This document shows, in pieces, positions 34,801-48,319 of a stretch of 64,000 nucleotides of DNA. Positions within the stretch are counted from its first letter, which is position 1. Each line of letters begins with the position of its first letter. Made by a program: the position numbers and the translations under genes. The notes beneath the pieces are model-generated. The model had not been told where the DNA came from. It did not search any database and worked only from the letters and a program-made list of their open reading frames with translations. Origin of the DNA: Lepidodermella squamata (taxonomy: Eukaryota > Animalia > Gastrotricha); contig JBLDXI010000026.1 of the NCBI GenBank assembly GCA_047495785.1, positions 992,001-1,056,000 of the forward strand. Reading direction: 5' to 3'.

Positions 34801-37800
34801 TCCCGTTGTCAGACGAAACAAATCTTTCTCTGAAAAACTGAACCATGAAGTTGCTCTACTCGTAAATAAAATAGTAACCCTTCGAAATTTTGTCCCCCGA
34901 AGCAGCATAATTTCGATTTATCTATATGGCTAACAGTTTGGAAAACAGTAGCCTTGCTTTTCATGCGGTGGTTAATTATTTCGAATTTCTCATTTTTTCT
35001 ACTATATAATGCCATCATGGACGTCGCAAATGGACAAAAGAAGTACGGCGAAATTCGAAATTCTGACATTTCTGAGACGGCGGAACGCAGCGATACCAAT
35101 CAAAAGCAGAATCTACCATCACCTCATCTAACTAGTATAAATTACTGAAGTCGTAACAAAACTAATATTTTGCGTAAAAATTTTTATTATCGCAAAATTC
35201 TCGATGAATGTCGAGGCTTTTCATGGAAATTTGCCCGTATCGTTGGGAATCCACTCCGACATTGACCCGTTAATTCAAATATTAATAATTAGGCCGCATG
35301 ACCACCACAAACAAATAATCGACCGATTATCGAGCCCTATCGATAGATCTAGGCATGCTCAATATGTGCAACTAGATTCGCAGCTTTCAGTTCTAAATGC
35401 TAATGAAAATCACATATTCACTTCAACGGAACTCGAAGGCGTTTCTTGATCGTATTGACGCAACGTTCGATCGATTTAGTCGATTCTTGAGCTTGTCGAG
35501 ACTGACGAGCCGTATGATGAGGACGATGAAGAGCGAGACTTCATTGAACAGATTGAACTCGATTTTTTTCTGTTTTTCCATCACAAAAATCTGATGTTTC
35601 CCGGATTTTCAAAATAAATATTCCTGAATTTTCGCATTCGGAATTGTCGATCGGAAAAATGGCGAAATATTTTTCTGAGTTGTCGGCTTATCAAAAGACA
35701 CGACAACTTCTAAAGTTCTGAACTTTCGGTAAACGTAGTTAAATATTAAAGTAGTATCCTTAAATATTTTCGAGTTCTTCTGATTTCACAAAAAAATAAT
35801 CGAAATATTGGCATTTAAAATTAAAAAATTAAAAATAAAACAATGTATTTAGAAATCTCGAAAAATACGAAAAATGCCTATACAAATTTGAAAATATGGT
35901 AATTCATACCTGAACAAGCCAAAATCAGAGGCGTTCGGCCGATAGTGCCTTTGACATTGAGATTAGCACGGCCCTGCCGCACCAGCTCGTGGATAACCTC
36001 AGTTTTGCCGTAAAAAGCCGCGACGTGGATGGCCTGGAAACCAAACATTTCAGTTTCACGCGCATTATCAGCCCCTCGATCGATTAGAAAACCAACTGCT
36101 TCCGCCCGGCCATACATTGCCGCGACGTGGAGTGGAGTGCCGCCGAGTTGCAGCTCGACAGCTTCGAGACTGGCGCCTTTTTCGATGAGATAGTTCATAA
36201 TCTAAAGGAGCGAGAAATTTAAAAAATCGAATATTAAAGCACAGCTTCTATTAGTAATCTCTAGATCCGCCTTAACATCTCAATTAGTAGCTCTCCTAGG
36301 AAAAATAAAGCTTGTCAAGGCTTTCATATCCAGGCTCAGCATGCCTGATACGAAGGAAAAGTCAATTAGCGAAGCCTTCCCAGATGGATGAAAAATTCAA
36401 CGTCAAATCTGAGCCAAAATTTATCTACTTTCCGCCAAAATTACACAAAAATGGCCTTCTGAAAGTAGGTTGGATCTCGGGCTGCACGAACACTTCACCT
36501 CTACCGCTAGAATATTCATCCTTAAAAAGTAAAGAAACTGCCCAGAAAACTCTGGAAACATTGGTTCACAACTGCATCGACCTAAGCGCCACCCAAGAAT
36601 GTTTGGAATGTGCATTTCTCACGGCAGATATCAGTGACATGTATAACCAAATACCACCAACGGAAGCGTCTCAAAATTCTCGTATCATATCTCATATCTC
36701 ATATCTCATATCTCAAAATTCTCATTGTTTCAAACATAATGTCTTGTCCTGCTTGTCAAATACCAGAAGATCCGGTCAGCCTGCCAAATTTTGCCATTTG
36801 TGCTGGCTTTGGGTCTATTTCTGCGCGTATCGCTGGTCAACCGACACTGTTCGTCGTGCCCATTCAGCAGACACGGCAACTGGTTTGCCGGCCAAGGTTT
36901 CATTTGCCCTCGAGGGGCCGACACGGTCATCAGCGCCCCAAGACTCTTCTTCTCGGAAGTGAAAAATCCCAAATATCACGTCATTTCCGATTCTTTGTGG
37001 ACTATTGAACATTTCGGCCTGCAATAGGCCTGTGTAATAAAACCGGAATAGGCCTACTTCAGGCCTGGACTCTCCCGTCTGAGAACGACATGCAAGCAAA
37101 ATTGAACTGGTCAGTCAACCTAAGTATTTTACCGAACTTCCCGGTCGATGAGCGCACCTTTGGTGTTTTTCTATCGACGATGATAACAAATGACCATACA
37201 GGGGACAACATAGCTTATTTTCTCAATACCACGGAACGGCTGCTGACGGAGGATCATGATAGCAATGATGGCAATGCTCAACCAGATTAATAACGGAATC
37301 AATGCAGCCAATCAGCGAATTGATCAGATCGATAACCTAATCACTGGCCTCGAAAACGAAGTTGCTGAGCTCAATCAACGAAATGCGGCAGCTCTTAATG
37401 CCCTCTGGGTTTGTTTGCCATTGAATTCTGATTGACAATAAATCCCCTCACGAGTATCAATTGACATTGTAAAGCGTGCTTCATAAATTGCACAACCAGT
37501 TTATATTTCTGAAGAAAATTACTGAAAACTACCGAGCCCACTGAGAGAATCTTCCTTCATCATCCACGATTTAAATTTAAAATTTACTGGAGAAAACCCT
37601 AAAAACCCCGATGGTAACTTCGGTTTTTACCTGGTTGGATAAAATTACTTCGGATATTTTCAATCCCATTCACAATTTTTTATTAATTTTCAAAGTTTTC
37701 TAAAATTTTCTGGCTGAATACGATTTTCGCGTCACCTTAATTTTCACGAACCGATTTTTTTACGGGGAAAAAAATTATCCTGTAAAAATTGTAGCCAGCG

Positions 37801-39686
37801 AAAAATATTTCGCCAAAATCTTATTTGCTCTTAATCTTAATTGCTGCAATTTTCACTTTCAAACTTTTATTTTTAATTTAGCAATTTACCTCAAGCTGAC
37901 CAGCCTCGGCCGCCTTGTGCAGTGGCGTTTTGTTGAACCACCCAAGCGTGTCGACATCAACCTTCCGCTCATCGACCAGCCATTTCACGACTTCAAATTT
38001 GCCCTGCCGAGCCGCTAGATGCAACGCCGAGTACTGCGACGCATTCTTCGAATCAACCAAACCGGGGTGAATTTGCGCCAAATATCGACATATCCCAACG
38101 TGATTTCCTAAAGCAGCCAAATGAAACGGCGTGTTGCCATCCTCCGTAAAATCTTTCGCATCAATCGCACGACGTAAATCAGTTTCATCGCCAGTTTTTT
38201 CGACAAATTCTAGCAGCGTTTCGAATGCCGCGATATTTCCAGTCGCGGCAGCGCAATGGAACGGGGTCTGACCATTTCGGCCTCGAATCGCCACATCAGC
38301 CCCATTTTCCAGAAGCAACTTAACGCAATTTAAATAGCCGCCTTTAATCGCGAGAATCAATGGCGTGTCGCTGTATCGATTCGGCGAGTCGATTTGGGCG
38401 CCGTATTCGATCAAAGTTCGAGCCGCGTCGCAGTGGCCGTGTTTCGCCGCGAGGTGAAGAGGCCGGTCGCCGTTAACAGCATCGCCGGGCATTTCCAGGT
38501 GCTTTCTCGCCGCCTCCTTACCGCCGCATTCTTCCTCGACGAATTCGCGAATTTTCATGGTCACGCCTCGTTCAGCGGCTAGGTGGAGGAGGGTCCGTTG
38601 CCATTCGATAGGTCGAGGCTAAGAGATGATAATAAGAAATGCAGTTATGAGTATTCAGTTGAGCCCAAAAATTCATATTTGAAACATTTATTACTTTTGA
38701 GACTGTTTTTTTTTAATTTGTGTTACACAATTGTTATTAGGAAAATGAAAGGCAGAAATCGCAACGGAGCGATCACTAGCCCGCAACTTTTCTCGATAGA
38801 CAAGGAAAAAATCTGTCCGATACGAGAGCCGATGTTAACAAGCTAAAAACTGCGCCATGCAAGCAATGACGATTGACATTAGAATTTGTGGAAAAAATTG
38901 AAAATCGCATGTAGGAATTCTATGGTATTTGTTCGGTCCTACTTAATGGTGTGAGCCAATTACCGGAAGCGGAATTTTAGGATTATCTATGAGAAACTAC
39001 CGTAAAATACTGTGTGATTCGAGTTTTTGTCTCGAAACTTACAAAAAATTACTCGTTATTGTTCTCGTTTGGTGCCAAGGTTCAAACTTTGGTTCCGCTA
39101 AATAGCGAGAATCGGTTTTGAGTGAACATCCCAACTTATTAAAAGTTTTTGTTTTGTTGCATTTTAGCAATTTTGGGAGAAAAAAACAAAAATTTAATCA
39201 AAATCAAATCAAATAAAAAAAAAAATCTCTTACCGTTGACGGCACACTGTCAGCCAGTTCAGGATTCGACCGTAACGGACTGATGTAATTTCCCATGAGA
39301 TCCGACATGGTCGCACTCAAGCTCATCCGGCTATTCGGCCGTTTTTGCCGGGGCGATTTCGGCCCGCCACTCGTCGAGTCATTCGTCAAAAAAGTCAACT
39401 GCTGCTTCGCGTTATGATTCATCAACAAAATGCCACCATCCGCCGACATCCTGGCCCGAGATTGGTAAAACAGCTGCTTGCCCTGGCTTGAATTCATCGA
39501 GCTGTTGAGCGATAAGGCGGATGTAGCTGGGCGACCTCGAGCGGCAGACTTTAACAATTTGTTAGAATTTGTATTCGCAATAGCCGCGCCATCAGGCAGC
39601 ATGTTAATTTCAAAATCCGGCAGTAATTTGTTGTATTTGAGCGCGGAAAACGGGGTGGCGATAACGGTAGACGGGGGTTGAGACAT
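31869..39686 (-). CDS. Ankyrin-repeat protein (~20 repeats) with a Ser-rich N-terminal exon; 8 exons
   Basis: TPLH.AA..G repeats in exons near 37890-38620, 35910-36201, 33285-33653, 32976-33095, 32823-32923, 32688-32772 and 31869-32444. Splice phases are compatible, including the 39234-39686 first exon. Confidence 0.85.
36739..37435 (+). pseudogene. Decayed intronless coding region nested antisense in an ankyrin-gene intron
   Basis: GC-richer island with an ATG, overlapping ORF pieces and a terminal heptad segment (MLNQINNGINAANQRIDQIDNLITGLENEVAELNQR). Family not recognised. Confidence 0.35.
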
Positions 39687-40710
39687 GGCCGGAAATTTAG
39701 TTTTCCGAGAGAAAAATAACAGGAACAAGAAATTAATCAAATTGCCACGACATATATTACAAGTACTTTAAGAGGTGCGAATTTTTTGGCGACGAAAAGG
39801 TGCGTCATTAAGGTGGCTAATGTAGAAATAATTGTGCCTATAGCAACGATCGATATGTCTATGTAGTGTTATTATTTTTACCACCCTTAATTTTGGCCAA
39901 AAATAACCGATTGTTTTTACAGGCGACGGAAAAAAACGAGCGTACGTGATTGAGTTCTCCGCCTATTCCATATTTCATGTTGCTGGTTGGAAATAAGGAT
40001 AGCCATTCGACAGGGTTGTTCGATCGCTCGGAATCGGGCGATGCCAAAAATTTGATAGAGCTATTGCTATTATTCAAAAAATCGCCAATCGACATGCTTG
40101 AACTCGGCCTTTAAAAGAAAAATGCGATAAAAATAAGACGGATGCCTTTGCAAATGTATCAGAAAAACATATAAATAAACAGTAGTGATGCGTGGTAAGC
40201 GTTTCCTTGGGATCGTTTTTTTATTTCGATCCGTAACGGATGAATAATTAATTACTGACGCCCTATAGCTCGCCATGGCTCTGAGTTTTCAGCTACACGA
40301 GTTTTAGATTTGAAAGGAATATCGCATATCTTGGACTACGAAAAGTGGAGAAATGCGGCTAAGACGGGAATTAAAAACGTGTCAGATTTTGGTACCCATT
40401 AACCGCCGAAGATGGAAAATCCAATAAGGAATACAATATCAGGAGAAATTCAAACGGGAAAATTCAAAGGTAACTATAAAACCAACAAAAAATTAGAAAT
40501 AAAAAAACTGGACTCTTCAGCAAAAAATTTCCGTTTTTCAATTTCGCGTAAAATTCTACACATCAAATTTTCTCGATTTCGATTTTATTGTTTCAATTCG
40601 AAAAGTCAAGAAATATTTAAATTCAAAAAATTTGCATGCGAATCTTTCAAAATAATAATTATTTCATGCTTAAATAGGAATTGATAAGAAAAAAATAAAA
40701 TAAATACATT

Positions 40711-43387
40711 TTAGTCTCTTCGCGGCTCAGCAGTCGTAAGAGCCGCCGCGAGTAGCGCGAAATCAGTCGCATTCGCAACATCTTCTACATCGCCCACCAT
40801 CGAATTCATGAGATGCGGCTTCGGGTAGTCCTTTTGCATCAACGGAACCAGCACCAGCAATCCAAACGTACAGGCCGCCGTGAAAATGAAGAAAAACCAA
40901 AACGCCAATCGATCGAAAACAACCGCAATTAGACGCCATTCATTCGCTACAGCAGCAGTGAACGCTTGAGATCGTTCTTTTTGCGAAATATAGTTCACAG
41001 ATTTCAGTAACCGCTTTAAAATTTTTGTCTCAATTTCGATATATCGATCTTGCAGTTGCGAAGGTTGCGGAATTTCGTCGATTTTCGGCAATTTTCGCGG
41101 AAATTTCGGCGACTCGTAGAACCCGTCTTCATTATCGGCCTGGACAACCCGTTCGACTGCATCGAAAAACGTCGCTTCCCTCGCGTTGAATCGCATTCTT
41201 GAGGTGGACGACAGCTCCTTCACCATTGCATCGAATTGCTGGTCGACCATCGCGTCAGAAAACGCCTCGCCCGGCCATCGAAAAATTGAGGATGTACTCG
41301 CTTCCCGGGGTAGTTTATACTCCTCGCCATTTGTAAGTAATTTCAGCAAATGGCGTTTGATTTGCTGCAATTTTTCCAGTTTTTTCGAGCACGAGTCCAT
41401 TTTTTCGAGTAACAGCCCACGCCGCCATGTTTTTTCGCTGTGGCTACGCACTTGAGCGAGGGATTCCTGTTGCAAATGGGCGTATTTTCGCCAGATATCA
41501 CGGCCTTTACTCAGGTCTTTGTGCACGTTTTCGATGTGGAGGTAACGAGCGATGTAGTCGATTACGACGACTCGAAGCCAATCCGGAACAGGGCGGAGAA
41601 CTGGAGTCAGACCGTGCACGTTGAGCATAAACACTTGCAGGCCAACTACCATGGCTGATAGACTCATTGTGATGGTCTAAAATGAGAAATTTCAAATAAA
41701 AACTTTTGTTAAGATTTTATTAGATCGAAAATTAGATAAATCAAGTGTTTTTATGGAAAACTTCTGAACGAGTAAATTTATTCTCAAATATCTCAATTCA
41801 CTTTAATTTGAAGCATATCTCTTAACCTCTCAGTTCAACCATGTTGGGGATACTGTTTCAACGTGTTTCAAAGCTAAGTAAATTCTCGCGCTAGATAAAT
41901 TCGATTTTGTTAGAAAAACCAGCAAAAAATATGAACTCACCAGATAAATCGATATAAGTGGTACGAAATCCGATGTCCGAGGTGTGTTCTCAGCAATCAT
42001 CCAAGTGAACAGAGTAAACGTGAGCAAAACAGTGATTCCCAGCGCAATTTTCTCGCCACTTTCCGGAACCAGGTAGAAACAAAGCAGGCACAGAAAGCTG
42101 AGCCAAATTGTTGGAATGAAGATGTTGAACAGATTATTGTACAAAAATCGACGACGCATTTTGATGGTGATGATAATGTCGGAGTACGGCTGTTCGCAGC
42201 ACGAATGATATCGCTGATCGTGAACGACGGAAGATTCGAGGAACTCCCATTTAGCCGAGTCGATGTATTGCGATAATTCGACAGTTTCAGCCTTGCTGAC
42301 AAGGACTAACTGGCTTGAATCGTAAGTCCAAGATCCGAAAATTAACGTGCATTTTTGCTCATCGTACGGGTACAGAGTCAGGTCCAATCTGAAGAAAATC
42401 ATCGAAATTTAATGTTAAAATTCCATTGAAATGAGGGGTTTGCAATCAAAAGTTGATATGATTTCTATGAATGTTTGAAGCAAAAAATGTGCAAGATCCA
42501 GGGTTTGAAAAATTAACGCAACGTTTTCTTTTATGGCAATCGTGACGGATACTATCGTTCGAAAAGATTTCCATTATTGAGAAATTCTGAATACTGCACT
42601 TTTTGATTTTTGATTTAAGTTTTTTTACAAGTTTTCCTAATTTTTTCCAGGGTAACCGGAATAAAAAATGTTCAACTTACATGCACGTCGACCGAAGTTT
42701 CACATATGGCCCGAGGAAAATCTCGCCGGTATGAGCGATCATTGCCCGGACTTCGTCAGAACCCGTTCGACGCTCAAAATCATCCGCGCTATTATACTGA
42801 AAAAATACAGAAAATTAAGAACAAAATCTGCAAAAAATTACAAAATCATACCAAAACGATATCGGGCACCCAAATCAGTCGAGTTGGAAGTCGAATCACA
42901 CGCAAACCAGAAAATTCTTTAGGCTCCCATCGTAACCGTTCTTCCGTCCAACTCTAGGAAGGCGACGTCAAGCAGATTTAAAAAAAAAATAGAAAAAACG
43001 TACCATCTCCATCCAAACCGAAATTTCGAGAACTTGATTAACCTCGTCCATATTACCGATTTGAATCAAATTCAAGCCGAATTGGACAGTAACCACCTGA
43101 GACCCGTTGTAAACCGGCCTTAAAGAGGACGCGTAGTTTCGAAATAACTTGAAAGTCAACCGCTCTTCGTCCGTATCATGACGTAATCGCCTCCTCGGTG
43201 CGATATTGTCGACCCGAGCTAACAAGCTCATTTGATCATTGTGCTGATCATCAGGCGCCCATAACAGGAATTTCTCGCTGTTATTTCGTTCAGGTCCGGA
43301 AAACCACCGCAACGCATCTGCACCAGCTTCGTAATTTATCGACGAAACTGGGTAGATAAAAAATAGTAAAAGCAGCAAAATACACAT
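40711..43387 (-). CDS. Nicotinic acetylcholine receptor alpha-type subunit (cation-selective Cys-loop channel), 5 exons
   Basis: WVPDIVL|YN, Cys-loop C-x13-C (CI|LDLTLYPYDEQKC), GSWTYD, vicinal CC, ESGEKI before M2, and EW..IAVVFDR before M4. Confidence 0.93.
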
Positions 43388-44033
43388 GAGCTAGAAAATG
43401 AATCCGAAAAAGAGGGAAATTTGTAAATTCCTCCTTAAAATTCCCAAGAATATACAAATTCTAATTTTCCGAACTCAGTATGCATTTGCGAAATTCGAAT
43501 ATTGAGTGCAACAATACTAATCGAGTTTAGATAATAAAGCGGGACAGTTACATCGATACTGAGCCAATTATAATTGGCAAAATATCAATATGTTACGCGC
43601 GCAGCCATTTCAAGCCGCGCGCTTCCCTATCTTGAAATAACAGTTATTTTTAGCAAACAAACTCACATTGTTGTTATTTGATTACTTCGGCGCTTGAAGC
43701 TAATCACCGCCCGCGCCGCAATTTTTCATCCACAATATTCACGTCAAGCGTGAAGGGCAAATAGTTATTTATTCAATAAACGACCTAGAGACGAGAAAAT
43801 AACAAATAACAAACAATTTGTTGATTTTTGTTTGTCTGCCTTAAAATTTGATTTGCGCTCTGGAATAAAGAAACCCGTCACCACACAGACATTAATATTT
43901 TTTAGTATTTTCAATCGCTTTTTTATCGATACGGCATTGACATTGAGAAAGCAATTGTTTCGTAGCGAACCAAAGTCTGCATCGATAACATCTTGTGGAT
44001 AAACAGCATTAGTCAAATTAAATTTTAAATAAG

Positions 44034-44231
44034 TCAAAACCTGGAATATAATATAGTCACGCCATGTTTTTTCGAGTGCTTTCGAAGTGCTTCGATTTTT
44101 GACGCTGTGAAATCGCAATATTCGCAACCAAATTTATGATCGCCATTGGGACAAATAATCGAATCTTCTGATCTACTGTGCCGATTATCTGACCTCGGCG
44201 TACTGAAACATGATATTAAAAATAACGCCAT
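44034..44231 (-). other. Isolated C2H2 zinc-finger-coding segment (exon or remnant)
   Basis: FGCEYCDFTASKIEALRKHSKKH fits C-x2-C-x12-H-x3-H and is preceded by TTTCAG. The rest of the gene is unresolved. Confidence 0.4.
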
Positions 44232-46225
44232 TTTCCTGAATGAACTCGGTGAGGAACTGAATTAGCTGAGATGGCATTGAGATATGAAAAATATAGACGC
44301 GCGACACGCCCTTCGCATCAAATGTTATTTGAACACCTGTTTAAGTTGTCGCACTCACAGCGTGCAATTGCTCACGACTCGAATAACAAGAACACTACAT
44401 GCACTGGGTAAAGTTTCGTGGCTGCGTTTCAGGGAACTCATGAGCTCGGCACGAGAAAGCGATATTCGGGCTCATTGAAAAAAATAGCAAATGTGAGTGA
44501 TATTAACCAAACATTCGTATTTCAATTGAGGTAAATAAGTAACGAAAAATACGAAAATCGCACAAATTAGAATGTGAAAAAATGTTGCAAGCACATGGTA
44601 AAGAGGAGATTTCTAGAAAATGCTTTTTCCTATAGGTTATAGGCAATTGTTCAAGCGCATAGTTCGGGTAAGAGGTAATTACCATGTCCGCTCTGCAAAT
44701 TCACCACTGCTTCATTGTATCTATTGACCTCAATTGACCGTTTGCCGATTGGCAACATGTTGGTCCTCACCTACTAAAATAACCTAAAAATATTTCTCAT
44801 ATCTTACACAACACACGAGATGTAAGTTAAAATGACCACGTAAACCCCCTCTGAATTGGAACGTGCACGGTTTCATGTGAGGCTCGAAATATATTTCCAA
44901 CGGCCATGTGTCGTGTGTCGTTGCGCGTTACTTAGCATGGGGATAAAGGATAGAGGCAACGGTTCGCTGGGACTTCAGACCACAAATATCGCATAAGTAT
45001 TCGCAAGAACAATTGGCTTTCAATAACTAGCATAGTATGCCACTACTCAAGCTGCGGCCGTTGACCATTGGGCGATGGAGATGGAGTGCATCACGTTTGA
45101 ACCTTCAGCGTCCGTTGCAAGTGATAGGTTTCGAAGGCCCCGATAGTTGCACCTCCAACAAACAACTTACTAGGCGCCAGGCGTAGGGCGTCGCTGGTGT
45201 TAACCAATCACAACGACCAATGTTTCACATGAGACTGCTGCATAGGGCAAAGATTTAGGTACAAAAGCTGAATTTCCGAAATCACCATATATCTAGGCGC
45301 ATAAAGCCCAAATAAAGCATATTTGGGATTACACCCGAACTCTGTGAATCACCCCGCGGTTCAAGCACCGGTTCCAAAATGTTCGGCATAAATCCGCGGA
45401 ACCCTCATCGCAGCTCCAACTAACACGTGGTTTCGAGCTTCGAGCTTCGAACTTCGCGCCATTTGTCAAAAATCAAAACATGCACAAATTAAATTGTATT
45501 GATTAAATAAATTTGTACAGCGTGTCATATACACCGACCTTGACTGACTTTTGGCGGTATTTTTTCGAGCAATGACTGCTTTTTTGCTTTTTTTCGACCG
45601 GTGGTATAAGTTTTGGTTGTGAAGTGTCCTTTTCGCCTGCTTTGCGTGTGGGAAAAGTGACAAGTGACGATTGTCAGCCGAGAGCCATGATCGAGGAAAT
45701 ATCCGTAGCTGGCGCTTAAAGGTTGCAAACGTGACCTGCTGCTGACTCCGTGGCGACAGCATCAACAGTGATCGTGAACCTTCTTTCCGCAGGTGTTAAT
45801 CTTCGAATTTTGGCGTTAGTAACATCTGCCGCTGCTGTTGTAATTTTTCGGCTATCGAATTGACCATAAATATCCAAAAAGGCGTTTCATCGTCACCATT
45901 TTATTGACAGGTACTTGCTTATTTCGCAGAACTTGAAAAGGCAGAAACCCGCAATTATCAATTTTAACGTGCCCCCTCCCCTATTCCCTACCTTCCGTCC
46001 TAGTGAGAACTCACTGCAAGGGAGAGATTTGGCCGGCGCATGAGCTGACGTTCATGGAGATTCGATTATCATGAGCATTATCGACAGAATTATGTATAAT
46101 TACTTGTTTAAGATGTACAATTACTCTCCCCTAGGTGTTTAATTTCTAACTTCGCGTTGATGATATCAACAGCTCATGCGATGGAATCGGTTGACTGTGC
46201 CTGTGTGCTCCTCAGCGTGCATTTT

Positions 46226-48319
46226 ATGTCGGATTTGGATGAAGAGTCATCGTTCCCCGGCTTCTTGAAAGCTAAAGTTTTCTACAAAAGGGACCCTGAT
46301 GAAGACAGGATGTGTTCAATTTTACAGCGGTTGAGACGACAAGCTAGTCAAGTATTTGGTGATAATTTTGCTTCACAAGTTAAACTGAAATCGGAAACAA
46401 TGAAAGGCTCAACTCTCTTGAACTTCAACGCCGATTTCACTTCCGAGCAAACCATGAAGACATACGTTGATGTCGAATTACTGGGCCCTTTGCCTATCGT
46501 CATGGTTCAGATGATTGATAAAATTCAATGCGGCACGTTAACCAAAGTTTCCGGTGGATTGCATGGTCTTGATGATTCTACGATACGCGAAGATTGGGTG
46601 CCTAAGTGGACGAGAACCCTGAAGGAATCGTTTGAGAATCAATGCGGTGCGCTGGTATCTACGGTATACTCTCCTAGTATCAACTCGCCTGAAGGCTTCG
46701 AACTTTGTGACACGTTGCGGTTTGAACTTGATTTCAAACAGCCCAATTTCGAGCTCTATCGAAATGTAGAAATTCTCCGAGTTACATTACGAGTTTTTGA
46801 TTCAAGCTGCCCAATTTTACTGCTGGAAGAGGGGAAGCAGAGTATAGGAAATTGTGATAATGGTCCACCACTTACATTACCGCCAGAAATATGGCTCAGG
46901 ATCGCTTATCATTTCAATTACGACATTTCGGTGAGACTTACTCAAAGCCATCTTCCATGAGGATTCAATGGTTTATTTTATAGACTTTATTAGCCTTATC
47001 TGGGACGTGTCGAGAATGGCGAGCTTTATTCTCGCATCATTATTTTTATACACATCTTGATTTCACGCCGATTTCTACCTTGTTTCCCAACGCGTCTGCT
47101 GAATTTTTCGAATTTCTACTCGAGCGATGTCGAAAATCTGTTCGATTTATGCGATTTTCATGGCTGCCAAACTGGCCCGCTAGTTTCAACTTGACTGCGT
47201 TCTTCAAATCACTTGAAAGCGGCACTCTGGTTACTTTTATTGCCCAAATGTGTTCAGCTATAACTGACGAAGCTTTAAACGTGTTGATATCAACCCAGCC
47301 AAACATTCAAACCTTAAAATTGGATGGTAATTCAGCCAATTTTTCTGGAAATATTCAATTATTGCTCTTTTCGTAGGCTGCTTTGCGCTCAGCCCAAAAT
47401 CATATGGCGCCATTTCGCAATTGAAAAGTTTGCGGAAGCTATCATTAGGAACGGCTATCGATGGAATAACGTCTCAAACCGTGTTACCATTCATAGAAAA
47501 TGGATCGAATATTGAAGTGCTAGAGTTGAAGGAAATTTCAACCCCAGATGGCGATATTGTTGAAAACGATTTGGGCTCAGAGATGCCGCGAATTCTGCTA
47601 GGCCTAGCGAAATCGTCGCCGAATTTGCGGTGTGTCAACATCGATTTAGACCTTTGCGGCTATCCGCTGCTGCGCAAATCGGAGAAAATCGCATTTTTAC
47701 GAAATTTTCTCAACGCCTGTCCGAAACTTGAAGAATTCTTCATTCAACAAGAGTCTTGGGCTAGCATTTTGGGCGAACTGTTGATTGATGCATTTCCGGG
47801 GCCGAATGAGTTATTAGCTAAAGCTTGTCCGAATTTGAGAATTATGTCGCCGATAATTTTTCAAAACGGAATCACAGATCGCCGTGATTTCGATGGTCTG
47901 TCTTTCATTCCGGCTCTTGGTCGATGCCTTTCCGGGCTGAAAAATCTTCATAGGCTGGCAATTTTCACTGATAATTTGGATTTTTCAAACCCTGAATCAG
48001 CGGCGAAGGTAAAATTTTCCCTATATTTCTCCGAATTTTTCTTAAATTTTGATTTTAGGACCTCCAAAGTTTGATCGGACCTCTTCCTGCCTTAAGAGAG
48101 CTCTACATTTGGTCGCCAGCGGATTCAAATGTCGAAAATGTTATATCAATAGTGAATAAGAGTCACCCGAATTGTGTCATCGTAGTCAGAAGAACGGCCA
48201 AGCTCGACGATGATGGAACGAATATTGATTTCGAGCAATTCACCAATAGATTTTCCGACCATTGTGCCTGTAAATCGTGTACAGAAAACTCGTTTGAGCC
48301 TGAAATTGCGTCAAGCTGA
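46226..48319 (+). CDS. F-box/LRR protein with an uncharacterised ~215-aa N-terminal region; 4 coding exons
   Basis: F-box LPPEIWLRIAYHF..|.LLALSGTCREWR followed by LRR-like CPKLEEF, CPNLRI and L..L..L repeats. Three in-phase GT-AG introns. Confidence 0.82.
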
